A stretch of DNA of 64,000 nt from Candidatus Doudnabacteria bacterium. GTDB taxonomy: Bacteria > Patescibacteriota > Doudnabacteria > UBA920. Of the stretch, positions 1 to 9,365 are shown piece after piece (position 1 is the stretch's first letter; each line of letters begins with the position of its first letter). Position numbers and translations under genes: made by a program. The notes under the pieces were generated by a model. The model had not been told where the DNA came from and did no database searches. It worked only from the letters and a program-made list of their open reading frames with translations. Where the stretch lies: contig JACRDK010000031.1 of the NCBI GenBank assembly GCA_016218585.1, positions 65,764-129,763 on the forward strand, read 5' to 3'.

Positions 1-692
1 CCGGCGTACTTAACCAAAAAATCCACGGGCACATACCCGTGTATCCAGGCGCCAAGCGCAATGCCCACCAGAATATATGGCCATACTTTTTTTAAAATAT
101 CTGCGGTATAAGTTTTAGCGTAAACAACCCTCTCTCTTGCCGTCATTTGCGGAAGCTCAACATTGCCGTTCGCTAAGTTTTTGTAAACAAACGGTTCTAC
201 CAAATTTTCTACTTTTAGCCGGCCAATTATAATGCCGGAGATAATGGCAATAGCAAGTCCGCTGGTAATGTAAATTAGCGCGACTTTCCAGCCAAACAAA
301 CCCAAAAGCAAAACCACGGCCACTTCGTTTATCATTGGGGAGGAAACTAAAAAAGAAAATGTTGCGCCGAGAGGAACTCCCGCCTGAACAAAACCTAAAA
401 ACAGCGGGACGGCGCTGCAGGAGCAAAACGGCGTAACAATGCCAAGCAGAGATGCCGCAACATTCCCGGTGTATTTATTTCTATGAGATAAAATGGCGCG
501 AATTTTTTCCGGTGGTAAATAGGAGCGAATAATGGACACGGCAAATATTATAACCGCCAGCAGGATAAATATTTTTAACGTGTCAAAAATAAAAAAATTA
601 ACCGCGCCGGCTAATACAGACTGCGGTTTAAACAAAAAAATATTGTAAGTTAGCCTGTCGGCCAGCCATTGGACAGGGGCAAAAATACTCAT
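1..692 (-). CDS. predicted permease (COG0701/DUF318-like, CxC motif TPFCSCSAVP); C-terminus cut by window edge
   Basis: Read manually from ATG at 692 to position 1 with no stop; hydrophobic multi-TM; translationally coupled to the thioredoxin-like gene upstream (4-nt gap). It is absent from the ORF track only because it has no in-window stop. Confidence 0.6.
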   Translation of the reverse strand, partial: MSIFAPVQWLADRLTYNIFLFKPQSVLAGAVNFFIFDTLKIFILLAVIIFAVSIIRSYLPPEKIRAILSHRNKYTGNVAASLLGIVTPFCSCSAVPLFLGFVQAGVPLGATFSFLVSSPMINEVAVVLLLGLFGWKVALIYITSGLAIAIISGIIIGRLKVENLVEPFVYKNLANGNVELPQMTARERVVYAKTYTADILKKVWPYILVGIALGAWIHGYVPVDFLVKYA

Positions 693-695
693 AAA

Positions 696-944
696 CTATT
701 TGCTCTCCAAAGCTTTAAGGATGGCTTTTTTTATTTCTTCCACTTTTGGCACAAAGCCAACCAGGGCCGGTTTTCCGTTAACGGCCAAAACCGGGCTGGA
801 CATAAGCCCCATATTTAATATTTGTTGGAAGTCGGTAATGTACTCCACTTCTCCGGGCAGGCCCAACTCTTTTACCGCAGTTTTGGTAATTTCAAAAAGT
901 TTTTTGCACGTGGCGCAGCCAGAACCTAAGACTTGAATCTTCAT
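696..944 (-). CDS. thioredoxin-family redox-active disulfide protein (MKIQVLGSGCATCKKL motif)
   Basis: CxxC motif; internal ATG at 944 fits the family better than the longer track ORF, which overlaps a terminator hairpin. Confidence 0.65.
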   Translation of the reverse strand: MKIQVLGSGCATCKKLFEITKTAVKELGLPGEVEYITDFQQILNMGLMSSPVLAVNGKPALVGFVPKVEEIKKAILKALESK

Positions 945-976
945 AATTGTATTATATACCCATGCATTTAAAAATA

Positions 977-1007
977 AAAACACCCCATCTTTTAAGATGG
1001 GGTGTTT
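977..1007. terminator. rho-independent terminator hairpin (AAACACCCCATCTT..AAGATGGGGTGTTT)
   Basis: Perfect 12-bp stem flanked by A/T runs, between two minus-strand genes. Confidence 0.6.
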
Positions 1008-1070
1008 ATTCGGATCATTCGTAACATTCGGATCATTCGGATTCAATCTGTGGATTAGGATCGGCTGGCT

Positions 1071-1487
1071 TTATCTCCATCCCCCTAAAATAGCGCCGGC
1101 AACCAAAAGAGTAATTAACATATTGCCAATGTTCAGCCAAAACAGTTTTACCTTGCCGCCCCAAATGGCATTACCCAAAGCCAATGGCACAACAAAACCT
1201 AACCACAAGCCAAAAGCATTAGCCACGCCGCCATACACGCCGGTATGAACGCTGGTTACAATGTACCAGGCCAAAACAAAAAACATTACAAAGCTGCCTA
1301 CAAACTGCAGGGCATAAGAGCGCATCATTGCGTTCTTCATTTTTGTTTGCTGTTCGGGAGTCCATTTGTCCATGCCCATTTCCTGCATAAACATTTTGCC
1401 GAACAACGGTCCGTACCAAATGGAACCAATAACCATACTCGCAATGGCAGCGACCAGCACCGCCCAATAATTTATTTCTGTATTCAT
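1071..1487 (-). CDS. DUF1761-like small membrane protein
   Basis: 138-aa hydrophobic ORF, low GC like the host. Confidence 0.5.
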   Translation of the reverse strand: MNTEINYWAVLVAAIASMVIGSIWYGPLFGKMFMQEMGMDKWTPEQQTKMKNAMMRSYALQFVGSFVMFFVLAWYIVTSVHTGVYGGVANAFGLWLGFVVPLALGNAIWGGKVKLFWLNIGNMLITLLVAGAILGGWR

Positions 1488-1581
1488 ATTTTAGACACTT
1501 AATATTTATTATGATTATTATAGCAAACCAAGATATTAAAAAATATTCCCCGTCAAGTAAAAGATTTTTATAAAAAACAGC

Positions 1582-1610
1582 GGCGATTCCACCCTCCAAA
1601 TGGAATCGCC
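1582..1610 (-). terminator. terminator hairpin downstream of xylose isomerase (GGCGATTCCA..TGGAATCGCC, then T-run on minus strand)
   Basis: 10-bp perfect stem; T6 follows on the minus strand. Confidence 0.55.
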
Positions 1611-1667
1611 GCACTGCTGCAGTTGTTGATGTTGTCCGCCGGCGCGAGGTTGTGCCGGAGAAAAAGA

Positions 1668-2981
1668 CTACTTTCCGTCGCGTCCGACCAAGAGACCCGG
1701 AGTAGTTGCAAGCAACTCCAAGTCGGCGGCGTCCACCCCATAAAGAGCGAGCTTGAGAGCAAATTCGACCATGAGGTGATCCTGGCGCCAACGCTGGATG
1801 CCACCCACCGAAACTTTTGTTGCCAAAAGCACGGCGATGTTTTCCGGATCGGGATCCGCCAGCAAGGCCGCATACTTCTCAAGCCTTTCAGGCGGTGAAT
1901 GCTGGGGCCTGTCGAGATCGTCCAGAGCCATCGCCAGCATAGCGTTGTTCATGAGGCGTGGAACCAGAACCTGCTCGATGAGAGTGTACATCAGGGAATT
2001 GAAGGCGAGGAATTGTTTAAAGATTTCCTCCACTTCCTCCTCAGAGAGGCCGTAGCCCAAGTCGGAACGAAGCGCGTGGCAGTCGAACTCAATGACGCCG
2101 TTCCAGCCTATCTCGTCCAGGTACTTAAAAATAAGCACCATGGTCTCCTGGCCTTCCCCAACGAGAGTCGGGAAGTCATCGTCGAACTGGCCGGGAATCT
2201 GGCCGCCGATGTGCAGGAAGAACAGTTTTTTCTGGTCAGTGGCGTGCATGACTTCCAGGAATGGGTGCTGGTTGCCCATGGCGCTGTGTTGCGGAATTTC
2301 GGGATTTACACCCCAAAAATCGGGGTCGTCGAGGGTGGCAATGAGAGCCAAGGCGGCGCCGACGAGAGCGATGTACATTGCCCCGCGGGGTTCATTGCAC
2401 TTAGGCTCAATCGTGCCGTGCTTGATGGTGTATCGGTTGGCTTTGCAGGACGCCGAGATGATGTTCAGTGCCTGACGAAGCCATTCGAGAGGGCTGTTGT
2501 CACGGCGCGAGGGTACGCAGACGACGGATTCAAAACCGTCGCGCGCGACCCAGTACGTGATGAACTCGGCACCGAGAAAGTTGCCAATCCAGGCGCAACG
2601 AAGGGCCTTCTTGATGGCGAGCACGCGGATTGCCGCGTCGCGGTTAGTGAAACCGCCGGCCGTGAACATGGGGTGTCCGTGAAGACTGCACGTAATCATA
2701 TGCATCTTCAGGCCCGCCTTGTCCATGACTGCCTTGATGGCGCGAAGCTCTTCATGGATTGGATGCTTGGGATTCTTGTAATCCTCGGGGTCGTCTGGAT
2801 CCCAACCCAGCAGATCGTCGTCGTGGGCTGAGAAGAGATCAATGTACCCACTGGTCTTGGCCCATGCCAAGATAGACATGGCCTTGAGAACGCTCATGGG
2901 TTTGAGCACCGGGCCACCGAACGGGTCGGCGCCCTGATATTTTACAGTCCAGAGAGCGCCGGAGCGCAATCTTCTTATCAT
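1668..2981 (-). CDS. xylA: xylose isomerase (class II); high-GC foreign-looking gene
   Basis: 437 aa; motifs FSAHDDDLLGWDPDD (cf FHDxD..LGWDTDQFP), IEPKCNEPRG (cf IEPKPxEP), YWVARDGFE (cf WGGREGYE); strong AGGAGG Shine-Dalgarno; about 60% GC against a roughly 40% background. Confidence 0.65.
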   Translation of the reverse strand: MIRRLRSGALWTVKYQGADPFGGPVLKPMSVLKAMSILAWAKTSGYIDLFSAHDDDLLGWDPDDPEDYKNPKHPIHEELRAIKAVMDKAGLKMHMITCSLHGHPMFTAGGFTNRDAAIRVLAIKKALRCAWIGNFLGAEFITYWVARDGFESVVCVPSRRDNSPLEWLRQALNIISASCKANRYTIKHGTIEPKCNEPRGAMYIALVGAALALIATLDDPDFWGVNPEIPQHSAMGNQHPFLEVMHATDQKKLFFLHIGGQIPGQFDDDFPTLVGEGQETMVLIFKYLDEIGWNGVIEFDCHALRSDLGYGLSEEEVEEIFKQFLAFNSLMYTLIEQVLVPRLMNNAMLAMALDDLDRPQHSPPERLEKYAALLADPDPENIAVLLATKVSVGGIQRWRQDHLMVEFALKLALYGVDAADLELLATTPGLLVGRDGK

Positions 2982-3312
2982 ACTAATAATCCTCCTGAAC
3001 GTTTCGGACTATTACCAAAAAATCCCTGAAAAAGACTATTTTGGCAATCAAAATATCTTACACCTAAGCGGAGTAATCGTCAATAGACAAAAAAACAACC
3101 TTCTCTTTATGGAAGGCCGTCTTATTATTAATACAATTAATATTAACCCTACATATTTCCAACTGCACGATTCCTGCGGCGCGCCTGACCGCCCCCGACT
3201 GGACAATTCGCAGTTTACCCCGTAGCGGAGCCGATGAACGTCGCAGCGACTGGTACTGGGGCGAATTGTCCAGTTGAACGATAATTGTATAAGTATAAAT
3301 TTTACTTCCCTT

Positions 3313-3672
3313 CTAAACAGATAATTTTTCTATTGCCGCTTGGATAGTTGGAACAAAATAGGTCTGGCGGCCGCGGTTGCTCTCTATTATTAAGGCTTTA
3401 AAGGCTTCACTGGTAATATTGGAAAAATCGCCAACAATGGCGCAAGCAATGCCGTATTGGGAAAACTTTTGCAAAATTTCTCCGGCCAGGCCGGTGCGCA
3501 GCTCAAAAAAGTCCGGATGAATATTTTCCCGGTGCAAAATAATTTTCTTTGGCGCGGGGGTTTGCACATTGGCCACTAAATCCAAAGCGTCTTGCATGCT
3601 GTTTATGCCAATTCCCTCAAACTCAACTTCCGCTATTTTTACTCCCCCATTTTCGTGAATTGTAGTTTTCAT
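3313..3672 (-). CDS. DUF4180-like hypothetical protein
   Basis: 119-aa ORF in host-like GC. Confidence 0.4.
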   Translation of the reverse strand: MKTTIHENGGVKIAEVEFEGIGINSMQDALDLVANVQTPAPKKIILHRENIHPDFFELRTGLAGEILQKFSQYGIACAIVGDFSNITSEAFKALIIESNRGRQTYFVPTIQAAIEKLSV

Positions 3673-3676
3673 AAAG

Positions 3677-4345
3677 CTAGAGTAATTTTAGGATAACTTG
3701 TTTTAAATCGGAAACCGTATTTACAATATTTTTTAAATTAAAATGTTTTTCTCTGTTTAAAATATCTTCTCTGTGGACGCCCCAAGTTACAGCCACGGCG
3801 GGAACGCCTGCCTTATCGGCATCTATAATATCGCCCAAAGCGTCGGTTATAAACAACATTTCTTTATTGCTAACCTTGTATTTGTCCGCAATAATTTTAA
3901 ACTTTTCAACTTTATCTTTAGAAGTTTCAGCCGATGCTATAAAGCCAAATAAATTTTCAATTTGGGAATTCTTTAGCAAAGGCAACGCATTGCGCTCATA
4001 GGCATTGGTATTTAAAACAAGAATGTAACCCAAATTACGCAACTCAGTTAAAAGATCTTTAATCCCTTCAAATAACTTGCTCTGGCTTTTCTTTTCGGCA
4101 TATTCTGCGTGCCGCTTATTTTTTTCTTCTTCAGATTCCGAAATATGCAAGCTTAAATATTTAGCCGCTTCCTGATGAAAATTCCCGCTATGGATTTCAT
4201 TGTACATTTCCTCGGTTACTCCCGGATGCGTTTCCAAAAACACCTTCCTGGCAAAAGGTATGGTATCAAATAGCACTCCGTCCATATCAAAAATTATAAT
4301 TTTGTTGTTATCCACCATACCTAAAGAATAACAAAAAAATGCCAT
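3677..4345 (-). CDS. HAD-superfamily hydrolase (subfamily IA-like)
   Basis: Motif I IIIFDMDGVLFDT; true start may be the internal Met (MVDNNKIII). Confidence 0.65.
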   Translation of the reverse strand: MAFFCYSLGMVDNNKIIIFDMDGVLFDTIPFARKVFLETHPGVTEEMYNEIHSGNFHQEAAKYLSLHISESEEEKNKRHAEYAEKKSQSKLFEGIKDLLTELRNLGYILVLNTNAYERNALPLLKNSQIENLFGFIASAETSKDKVEKFKIIADKYKVSNKEMLFITDALGDIIDADKAGVPAVAVTWGVHREDILNREKHFNLKNIVNTVSDLKQVILKLL

Positions 4346-4390
4346 TTATGCGATTCTAGCGCTTTGGCTTTAAAATTTTCCTAATATATA

Positions 4391-4435
4391 GAGAAAGCGC
4401 GCGTTTCGCCGATGGGCAAAACGCGCGCTTGATGA
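4391..4435. repeat. 45-bp direct repeat copy 1 (contains 12-bp-stem hairpin AAGCGCGCGTTT..AAACGCGCGCTT)
   Basis: Identical to 5280..5324. Confidence 0.9.
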
Positions 4436-4482
4436 TGAGCAGCTATCTCGATTGTTTCGAAGCCGTCCGCAACTACTGCTTA

Positions 4483-5226
4483 TTAGTTGCGATTGGCGGA
4501 GCTGGCTACATACGGCTTGGCGATGAAAGTGGTGTGGCAGCGATAATGGATGCAGGTAATTACCTTCTCCTCATTGCCGAGAACCATGTCCATCATAACC
4601 TGACTGCATTTGGGACATTGGATGTCACCGTAGCCGTTGAAGGCTGTGGCCGTAGGTGACTCAGCCGGCGCAGTGGGCGGCTTGGAAACCTCCGTTTTCT
4701 TGGCGATGGCTTGAAACTTTTGATAACAGACCCGGCAGGAGTATACGTCGGGTTTGTTATTGACGTTCATCCAGATGCCGCATTCGGTTCGCGTACAGCG
4801 TGCCCACCCATCAAAGTCGATTTCGGACTCGGGCAATTTCGGGGCGACCGGAGCAGGTTTGCTGGGCGGCACTGAAACGCAGGACGACGGTAGTGGCGCG
4901 GACGCCAAGGAGCCGTCCAAAAGTTTCCGGAGCTCGTCCGGCGTACACCGGGCACCGGTAACTTTGCCGTGCGGCCCATCCATTATGAGCCGTCCTCGGA
5001 ACTGATGTGTAACACGAAGGCTGTAGAACACACTCATTCCGCGTATTGTGCCAAGGTTAGAGGCAATCACGACGAAATCGGGTTGCAGTTCTTTTAAAAG
5101 CTTCGCCGTTTGTGTCGTTGCCGTAAACGGCGTAAACGGAAGCGCGGTAAAGAGTCCGCTATGGCCTGACTGTTGCCATTGCTCTGCTGTACCGGGATCC
5201 TTATCAACAAAAAAGACCGTAGACAT
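4483..5226 (-). CDS. hypothetical protein: N-terminal flavodoxin/receiver-like fold followed by two CxxC zinc-ribbon pairs; high-GC foreign gene
   Basis: 247 aa; strong AAGGAGG SD; GC about 60%; CxxC..CxxC twice; no confident family assignment. Confidence 0.5.
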   Translation of the reverse strand: MSTVFFVDKDPGTAEQWQQSGHSGLFTALPFTPFTATTQTAKLLKELQPDFVVIASNLGTIRGMSVFYSLRVTHQFRGRLIMDGPHGKVTGARCTPDELRKLLDGSLASAPLPSSCVSVPPSKPAPVAPKLPESEIDFDGWARCTRTECGIWMNVNNKPDVYSCRVCYQKFQAIAKKTEVSKPPTAPAESPTATAFNGYGDIQCPKCSQVMMDMVLGNEEKVITCIHYRCHTTFIAKPYVASSANRN

Positions 5227-5279
5227 ACGATCCTCCTTATGTGGTATATATTAGTGAAAATTGAACCCTGTGTCAAAAT

Positions 5280-5324
5280 GAGAAAGCGCGCGTTTCGCCG
5301 ATGGGCAAAACGCGCGCTTGATGA
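5280..5324. repeat. 45-bp direct repeat copy 2
   Basis: Perfect copy of 4391..4435 on the other side of the high-GC gene. Confidence 0.9.
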
Positions 5325-5378
5325 CTAAATTGAGTTTAATTTAACTATTCTCCAAAAGCTTTTTGTTATCTAATTAGA

Positions 5379-6236
5379 TTATTTCCATTCAGCCAATAAT
5401 GGTTTGCCGGGGCTCTGCCATGGGCCGACGTATAAGCCATTAGCCTTTCTTTGTTCCTCGTTGCTTTTGCCGCCATCGGACAATATTTCCTGAAAAGCCT
5501 CATTGAAACCGCTCTCAAATTTTTTTCGTCCATCCTGCAAGGCAGTCTGCCATTCCGCGTCCGAAATCCCGTCAATTTTGCCGCTATAAAACGGAAACTT
5601 TTTTTCATAAGAAATTGATTTAGCGGCAAGATCATGCCAGGCATTTACATCGCTGCCAGCCCACTCATTAATTGGCCCGCCTATAACTTGGTTTAAGGAA
5701 GCCTTTAACGCCGGGTAATTTGACTGGTCGGGGTCATTGGCAACCCAAGCGCCGGAACGCGACTGAAAAATATAAAACCAAAATGCCGCCTGTTCAATAT
5801 TTCCCTGCTTAGCTAGCACTCCGGCCAACTCGGCATACATAAAAGGGTTGACCTGTTCGGGATGCTTAAAAATTTGTTCAATGGCGGCTTGCTGATCCGC
5901 AAGTTCCTGTTGGGAACTGCCTTTTGGCATAAGCATTTGTTCTAACTGACTTTCCTTGAATTCATTTGATTTGTTGTTCATATTATTCTGGCTGCTGTTA
6001 GATGTTTGCGAGTTGGAATTTGGCTGCTGCTTTTCCAAATAATAGCCGTACCAGGCCAGGAGGATAAAAATAATAACAACTGCCCCAATAACTGCGCCGA
6101 CAATTTTCCAAACTTTTTTGGCGGCAGAAGGCGCGGGAGTCGGACTGCTTGCATTAGGGGTCGGCGTTGGAACAGCCATTTCCGGGCTGTTGTCTAACTG
6201 GCTATTTGTATTTGTGTTTAAATTTTGCTCTGGCAT
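5379..6236 (-). CDS. hypothetical membrane-anchored protein (Pro/Thr-rich N-terminus, single TM, Asn/Ser-rich linker)
   Basis: 285-aa ORF; TM segment IVGAVIGAVVIIFILLAWY. Confidence 0.5.
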   Translation of the reverse strand: MPEQNLNTNTNSQLDNSPEMAVPTPTPNASSPTPAPSAAKKVWKIVGAVIGAVVIIFILLAWYGYYLEKQQPNSNSQTSNSSQNNMNNKSNEFKESQLEQMLMPKGSSQQELADQQAAIEQIFKHPEQVNPFMYAELAGVLAKQGNIEQAAFWFYIFQSRSGAWVANDPDQSNYPALKASLNQVIGGPINEWAGSDVNAWHDLAAKSISYEKKFPFYSGKIDGISDAEWQTALQDGRKKFESGFNEAFQEILSDGGKSNEEQRKANGLYVGPWQSPGKPLLAEWK

Positions 6237-6272
6237 AATTTGTTATTAATTATTTTTTTAGTTAAGGCGGGC

Positions 6273-7022
6273 TTAATCTTTATAGCTGTCTGGGGCTATG
6301 GTTTGAATTTTCCAAGTTCCTTCTTTCACCAAATTAAAAATTAAGTGTTTGGAAGTTTTGTCGTTCCCTATGACTTGAAGATTAACCGTGGCGGTTGTGA
6401 AGACAACTTTGTTCTCGTAAACGGAATAACCGCTATTGTCCAATAAAATAGGATACTGCGCAACCAGGGCGGGTAAATTTACCGGGCTTTGTTTAGAAAT
6501 TAAAGCTTTTGCCGCATCCATATTTGATGCCTTTAAATCGCGGTAAAAATCTAATACCGCTGATTTGGAAAAATATTTATCTTCAAGCATTGCGACTTTG
6601 TCTTTTATCCCCTGCTGCGCTTCTTGGCTATCGGGTCCGGCCTCGGGGAAAATAAAATTGCTGGAGTCTTGGCCAAACTGGCGCCAACCCCCTTTTTCAA
6701 GATCATAATTTAGCAAAACAAAATTAATTGAATCTGCATCCTCTTGTTGGCTCTTAACATATGCGGCGTGGTTGCCTACCTGCATCGCATCCAAGAATTT
6801 AACCGGGAATTGTTTAGGGTCTACTTCGTCAAATATTGGAGAAGTGGCCTCTTCGCTGGCATCTTCCAATGCGGATTTTATATCGTTGTTCATATTATTA
6901 TTTTGTTTGTTATCTTTGGCTGATTGTTGGACTTGTTGGTTTGTAGCTGGTGGCGGTGTTTTTGCGCCGCAGGCGGCCGCTAAAAGCACAATAGAAACTA
7001 AGCTAACGATTGTTTTTTTCAT
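6273..7022 (-). CDS. hypothetical lipoprotein
   Basis: Signal peptide plus lipobox LLAAAC. Confidence 0.55.
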   Translation of the reverse strand: MKKTIVSLVSIVLLAAACGAKTPPPATNQQVQQSAKDNKQNNNMNNDIKSALEDASEEATSPIFDEVDPKQFPVKFLDAMQVGNHAAYVKSQQEDADSINFVLLNYDLEKGGWRQFGQDSSNFIFPEAGPDSQEAQQGIKDKVAMLEDKYFSKSAVLDFYRDLKASNMDAAKALISKQSPVNLPALVAQYPILLDNSGYSVYENKVVFTTATVNLQVIGNDKTSKHLIFNLVKEGTWKIQTIAPDSYKD

Positions 7023-7225
7023 TTTTAAAATTTTAATTATTTGTTTCTAAAAAACTATATAATATAGAGTATAAATATAAATAACTAAGCCGCAAAAATT
7101 CATACTCCGCATATTTATAAGTTAATTATACACTCTTTTAATACAGTTAGCCATTGCGGCATAAAAGCCTTAAAAACTCCTAACAAAAAACGCGCCGGCT
7201 TTAGGCCGGCGTTTTTAAATTTAGT

Positions 7226-8599
7226 TTATATCTCCGAATGAATGTTTGCGTTGTTGTGGAAGAAGTTGGTTGGGTCGTATTTCTTTTTTATTTCCAGCAA
7301 ACGATCCCAGGTTTTTCCGGGGTAAGCTTCCTTTATGCGTTCCTTGTCGTCATATTGCCCCAAGAAATTTGCGTAAACCGCTTTGTCGCCCTGGTCTAAC
7401 AATTTTAAAAATTCATCCGCCCAAACTTTGCGTTCTTGTTTTTCCTGTTCGGTTTCGTAAAAGCTGGCAACGTTTGCCATAATTGCGCTGCTCCTGTGGG
7501 CGTAAGCGGTATTAAAACTCCCTACCCTGGCCATTGCTCCGCCTAACACTCTAAGCTGCAAAACTTTCATTTGGGCGTTTAGGGAATTTAAATGCGCAAC
7601 TATTTTTTCCGCCAATTCTTCGTCTATATTATCCAAATGCAAATTTTTAGACACTGCTTTAGGGTGATAGTCCGGATTTTCCGGAAAATAAATATCTTTA
7701 TAGCGCATTGGCTTTAGCATATCCGCAAGCGGCGCAGCTAAAGCGCGCAGCGGAGAGAGCGCTTTTTCCCCTTCTGTTGGGCTGCCCGCATACACAGCCA
7801 AAGCCATAACGCATAGCTTGCCGTGATGCTGGGCCGGAATAAACGGCATTGGGGGCATAGGCATAATATTATAAATCACCGAAAGCTCTTCCGGAGCTTT
7901 TTTGGCAATGTCCACGGCTTTCCAAATTACTTCCGGGGTTGCGGGCAAAAATAGCATGCCGCCATAGCAATTTTCCAGCTTGTGCAATTGAAATTTAAAC
8001 TTTGTGGCAATGCCAAAATTTCCGCCGCCGCCGCGAATGGCCCAGAATAAATCGGGGTTTGTTTTGCTGTCTGCCAGCAGCGTTTGGCCGTCTGCCGTAA
8101 TTATTTCCGCGGCCAAAAGATTGTCTATGGTAAGGCCAAATTTTCTAACTAAAAATCCCACGCCGCCGCCTAAAGTAATTCCGCCCACGCCAACCGAGCC
8201 TGCATCGCCAAAGCCTAAAACAAAATTATGCTTATCTAGCTCCGTGGTTACTTCCCCTGCGGTCATGCCGCTTTCTATCCACGCGGTTTGCTCTGTTGTG
8301 TTTACTTCCATTCTTTTCATATCGCGCAAATCTATAACTACGGCGCCGTTTACAACGCAAGCTCCGGTGGCGCTGTGTCCCCCGCTGCGCACGCAAACTT
8401 CCAAATTATTTTCCTTGGCAAAAATAATTATTTTTTTAATATCTTCCGCATCTGTCACGCGCACAATGCACGCGGGTTTTCTGTCTAATTCGCCCGGAAA
8501 AACCTGCCGGGCTTTATTGTATTCAACATCATCAGGGAAAATAATTTTTCCCTTAAGGGTATGCGAAAACGCTTTTAAATTGTCGGAAATATTTTGCAT
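7226..8599 (-). CDS. FAD-linked oxidoreductase (PCMH-type FAD-binding, berberine-bridge-enzyme-like C-terminus)
   Basis: RSGGHSATG FAD motif; C-terminal NFFHNNANI BBE-like motif. Confidence 0.7.
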   Translation of the reverse strand: MQNISDNLKAFSHTLKGKIIFPDDVEYNKARQVFPGELDRKPACIVRVTDAEDIKKIIIFAKENNLEVCVRSGGHSATGACVVNGAVVIDLRDMKRMEVNTTEQTAWIESGMTAGEVTTELDKHNFVLGFGDAGSVGVGGITLGGGVGFLVRKFGLTIDNLLAAEIITADGQTLLADSKTNPDLFWAIRGGGGNFGIATKFKFQLHKLENCYGGMLFLPATPEVIWKAVDIAKKAPEELSVIYNIMPMPPMPFIPAQHHGKLCVMALAVYAGSPTEGEKALSPLRALAAPLADMLKPMRYKDIYFPENPDYHPKAVSKNLHLDNIDEELAEKIVAHLNSLNAQMKVLQLRVLGGAMARVGSFNTAYAHRSSAIMANVASFYETEQEKQERKVWADEFLKLLDQGDKAVYANFLGQYDDKERIKEAYPGKTWDRLLEIKKKYDPTNFFHNNANIHSEI

Positions 8600-8663
8600 A
8601 TAGGAAATAATAACAAAAAATATTAGCTTTGGCCATAGAATAAAAACTATTATTTACAAAATG

Positions 8664-8706
8664 AAGAAGCGCACGACACCACCTGCTAGGGTGGGCGCGC
8701 GCTTCG
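8664..8706. repeat. GC-rich palindromic element / terminator behind foreign gene B (GAAGCGCACG..TAGGGTGGGCGCGCGCTTCG)
   Basis: Imperfect inverted repeat; shares its ends with the element at 10526..10572. Confidence 0.5.
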
Positions 8707-8717
8707 TTCAGCTGTGT

Positions 8718-9257
8718 TCATGAGACGAGAGCCTCGGCCAGGTGCTGGACGATGCAGCCGAGCGCCCCGTCCGGATTTCCCGGCATGTCGAGGCAACCGC
8801 TGAATTGGACCAATATTACCAGCGGGTCGCCTTCGCCCGGCAACAGGCAGTAGTGGATTGTGAGCCGTTCGCCGCGCCACTCGCGGAGAAGTTTCTCAAG
8901 CCGTTCGATGAGCGGTTTCGGAATTGAAAGATCGGTTACGACTGCTTGCTGGTTCCAGTCGCGAGTGTACGTTCTCTCGGTCGTTTCCATCAAGTAATCG
9001 ATGAAGATGTCGGCGTTTTCAAAGCCTTCACCAATTCGAAGCGGTGCCGGCAACTTGATTTCTACGGCCAGGCTGCCGCCTTTCGGTATGGCGTAGTGCA
9101 TTGTCCAAGGCTGGTTGAGGAACGCCTGGAAATCAGCGTAATCATCAATGCTGCCTTTTCCCGTGGTGTAGCTCCGGCTCCAAAACAGCGAGCCAAGGAC
9201 TCCTACCGGAACAGGTTCCCTAATCCGCAGAGATTCAATCGTGTCACAAATTGGCAT
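8718..9257 (-). CDS. hypothetical protein; high-GC foreign gene
   Basis: 179 aa; AAGGAGG SD; GC about 60%. Confidence 0.45.
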   Translation of the reverse strand: MPICDTIESLRIREPVPVGVLGSLFWSRSYTTGKGSIDDYADFQAFLNQPWTMHYAIPKGGSLAVEIKLPAPLRIGEGFENADIFIDYLMETTERTYTRDWNQQAVVTDLSIPKPLIERLEKLLREWRGERLTIHYCLLPGEGDPLVILVQFSGCLDMPGNPDGALGCIVQHLAEALVS

Positions 9258-9365
9258 TCTGCCTCCTTATTGATACCGTAATGTACCAAAAAAGCCTAAG
9301 GAAGTCCAGACCAAAAAATGCGCGTGCCCAAGGCACGCGCATTTTTTAACTCATTACAGATTGTG

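Noticed and set aside
157-426. 89-aa minus-strand ORF
   Set aside because: Alternate frame inside the permease gene, which was read through manually from 692 to 1 without stops.
1899-2831. 310-aa plus-strand ORF
   Set aside because: Antisense shadow ORF inside the high-GC xylA gene. High GC suppresses stops, and the xylA frame has clear family motifs.
8004-8603. 199-aa plus-strand ORF
   Set aside because: Antisense to the FAD-linked oxidase, whose frame carries the FAD-binding motif; Pro/Ser-rich nonsense translation.
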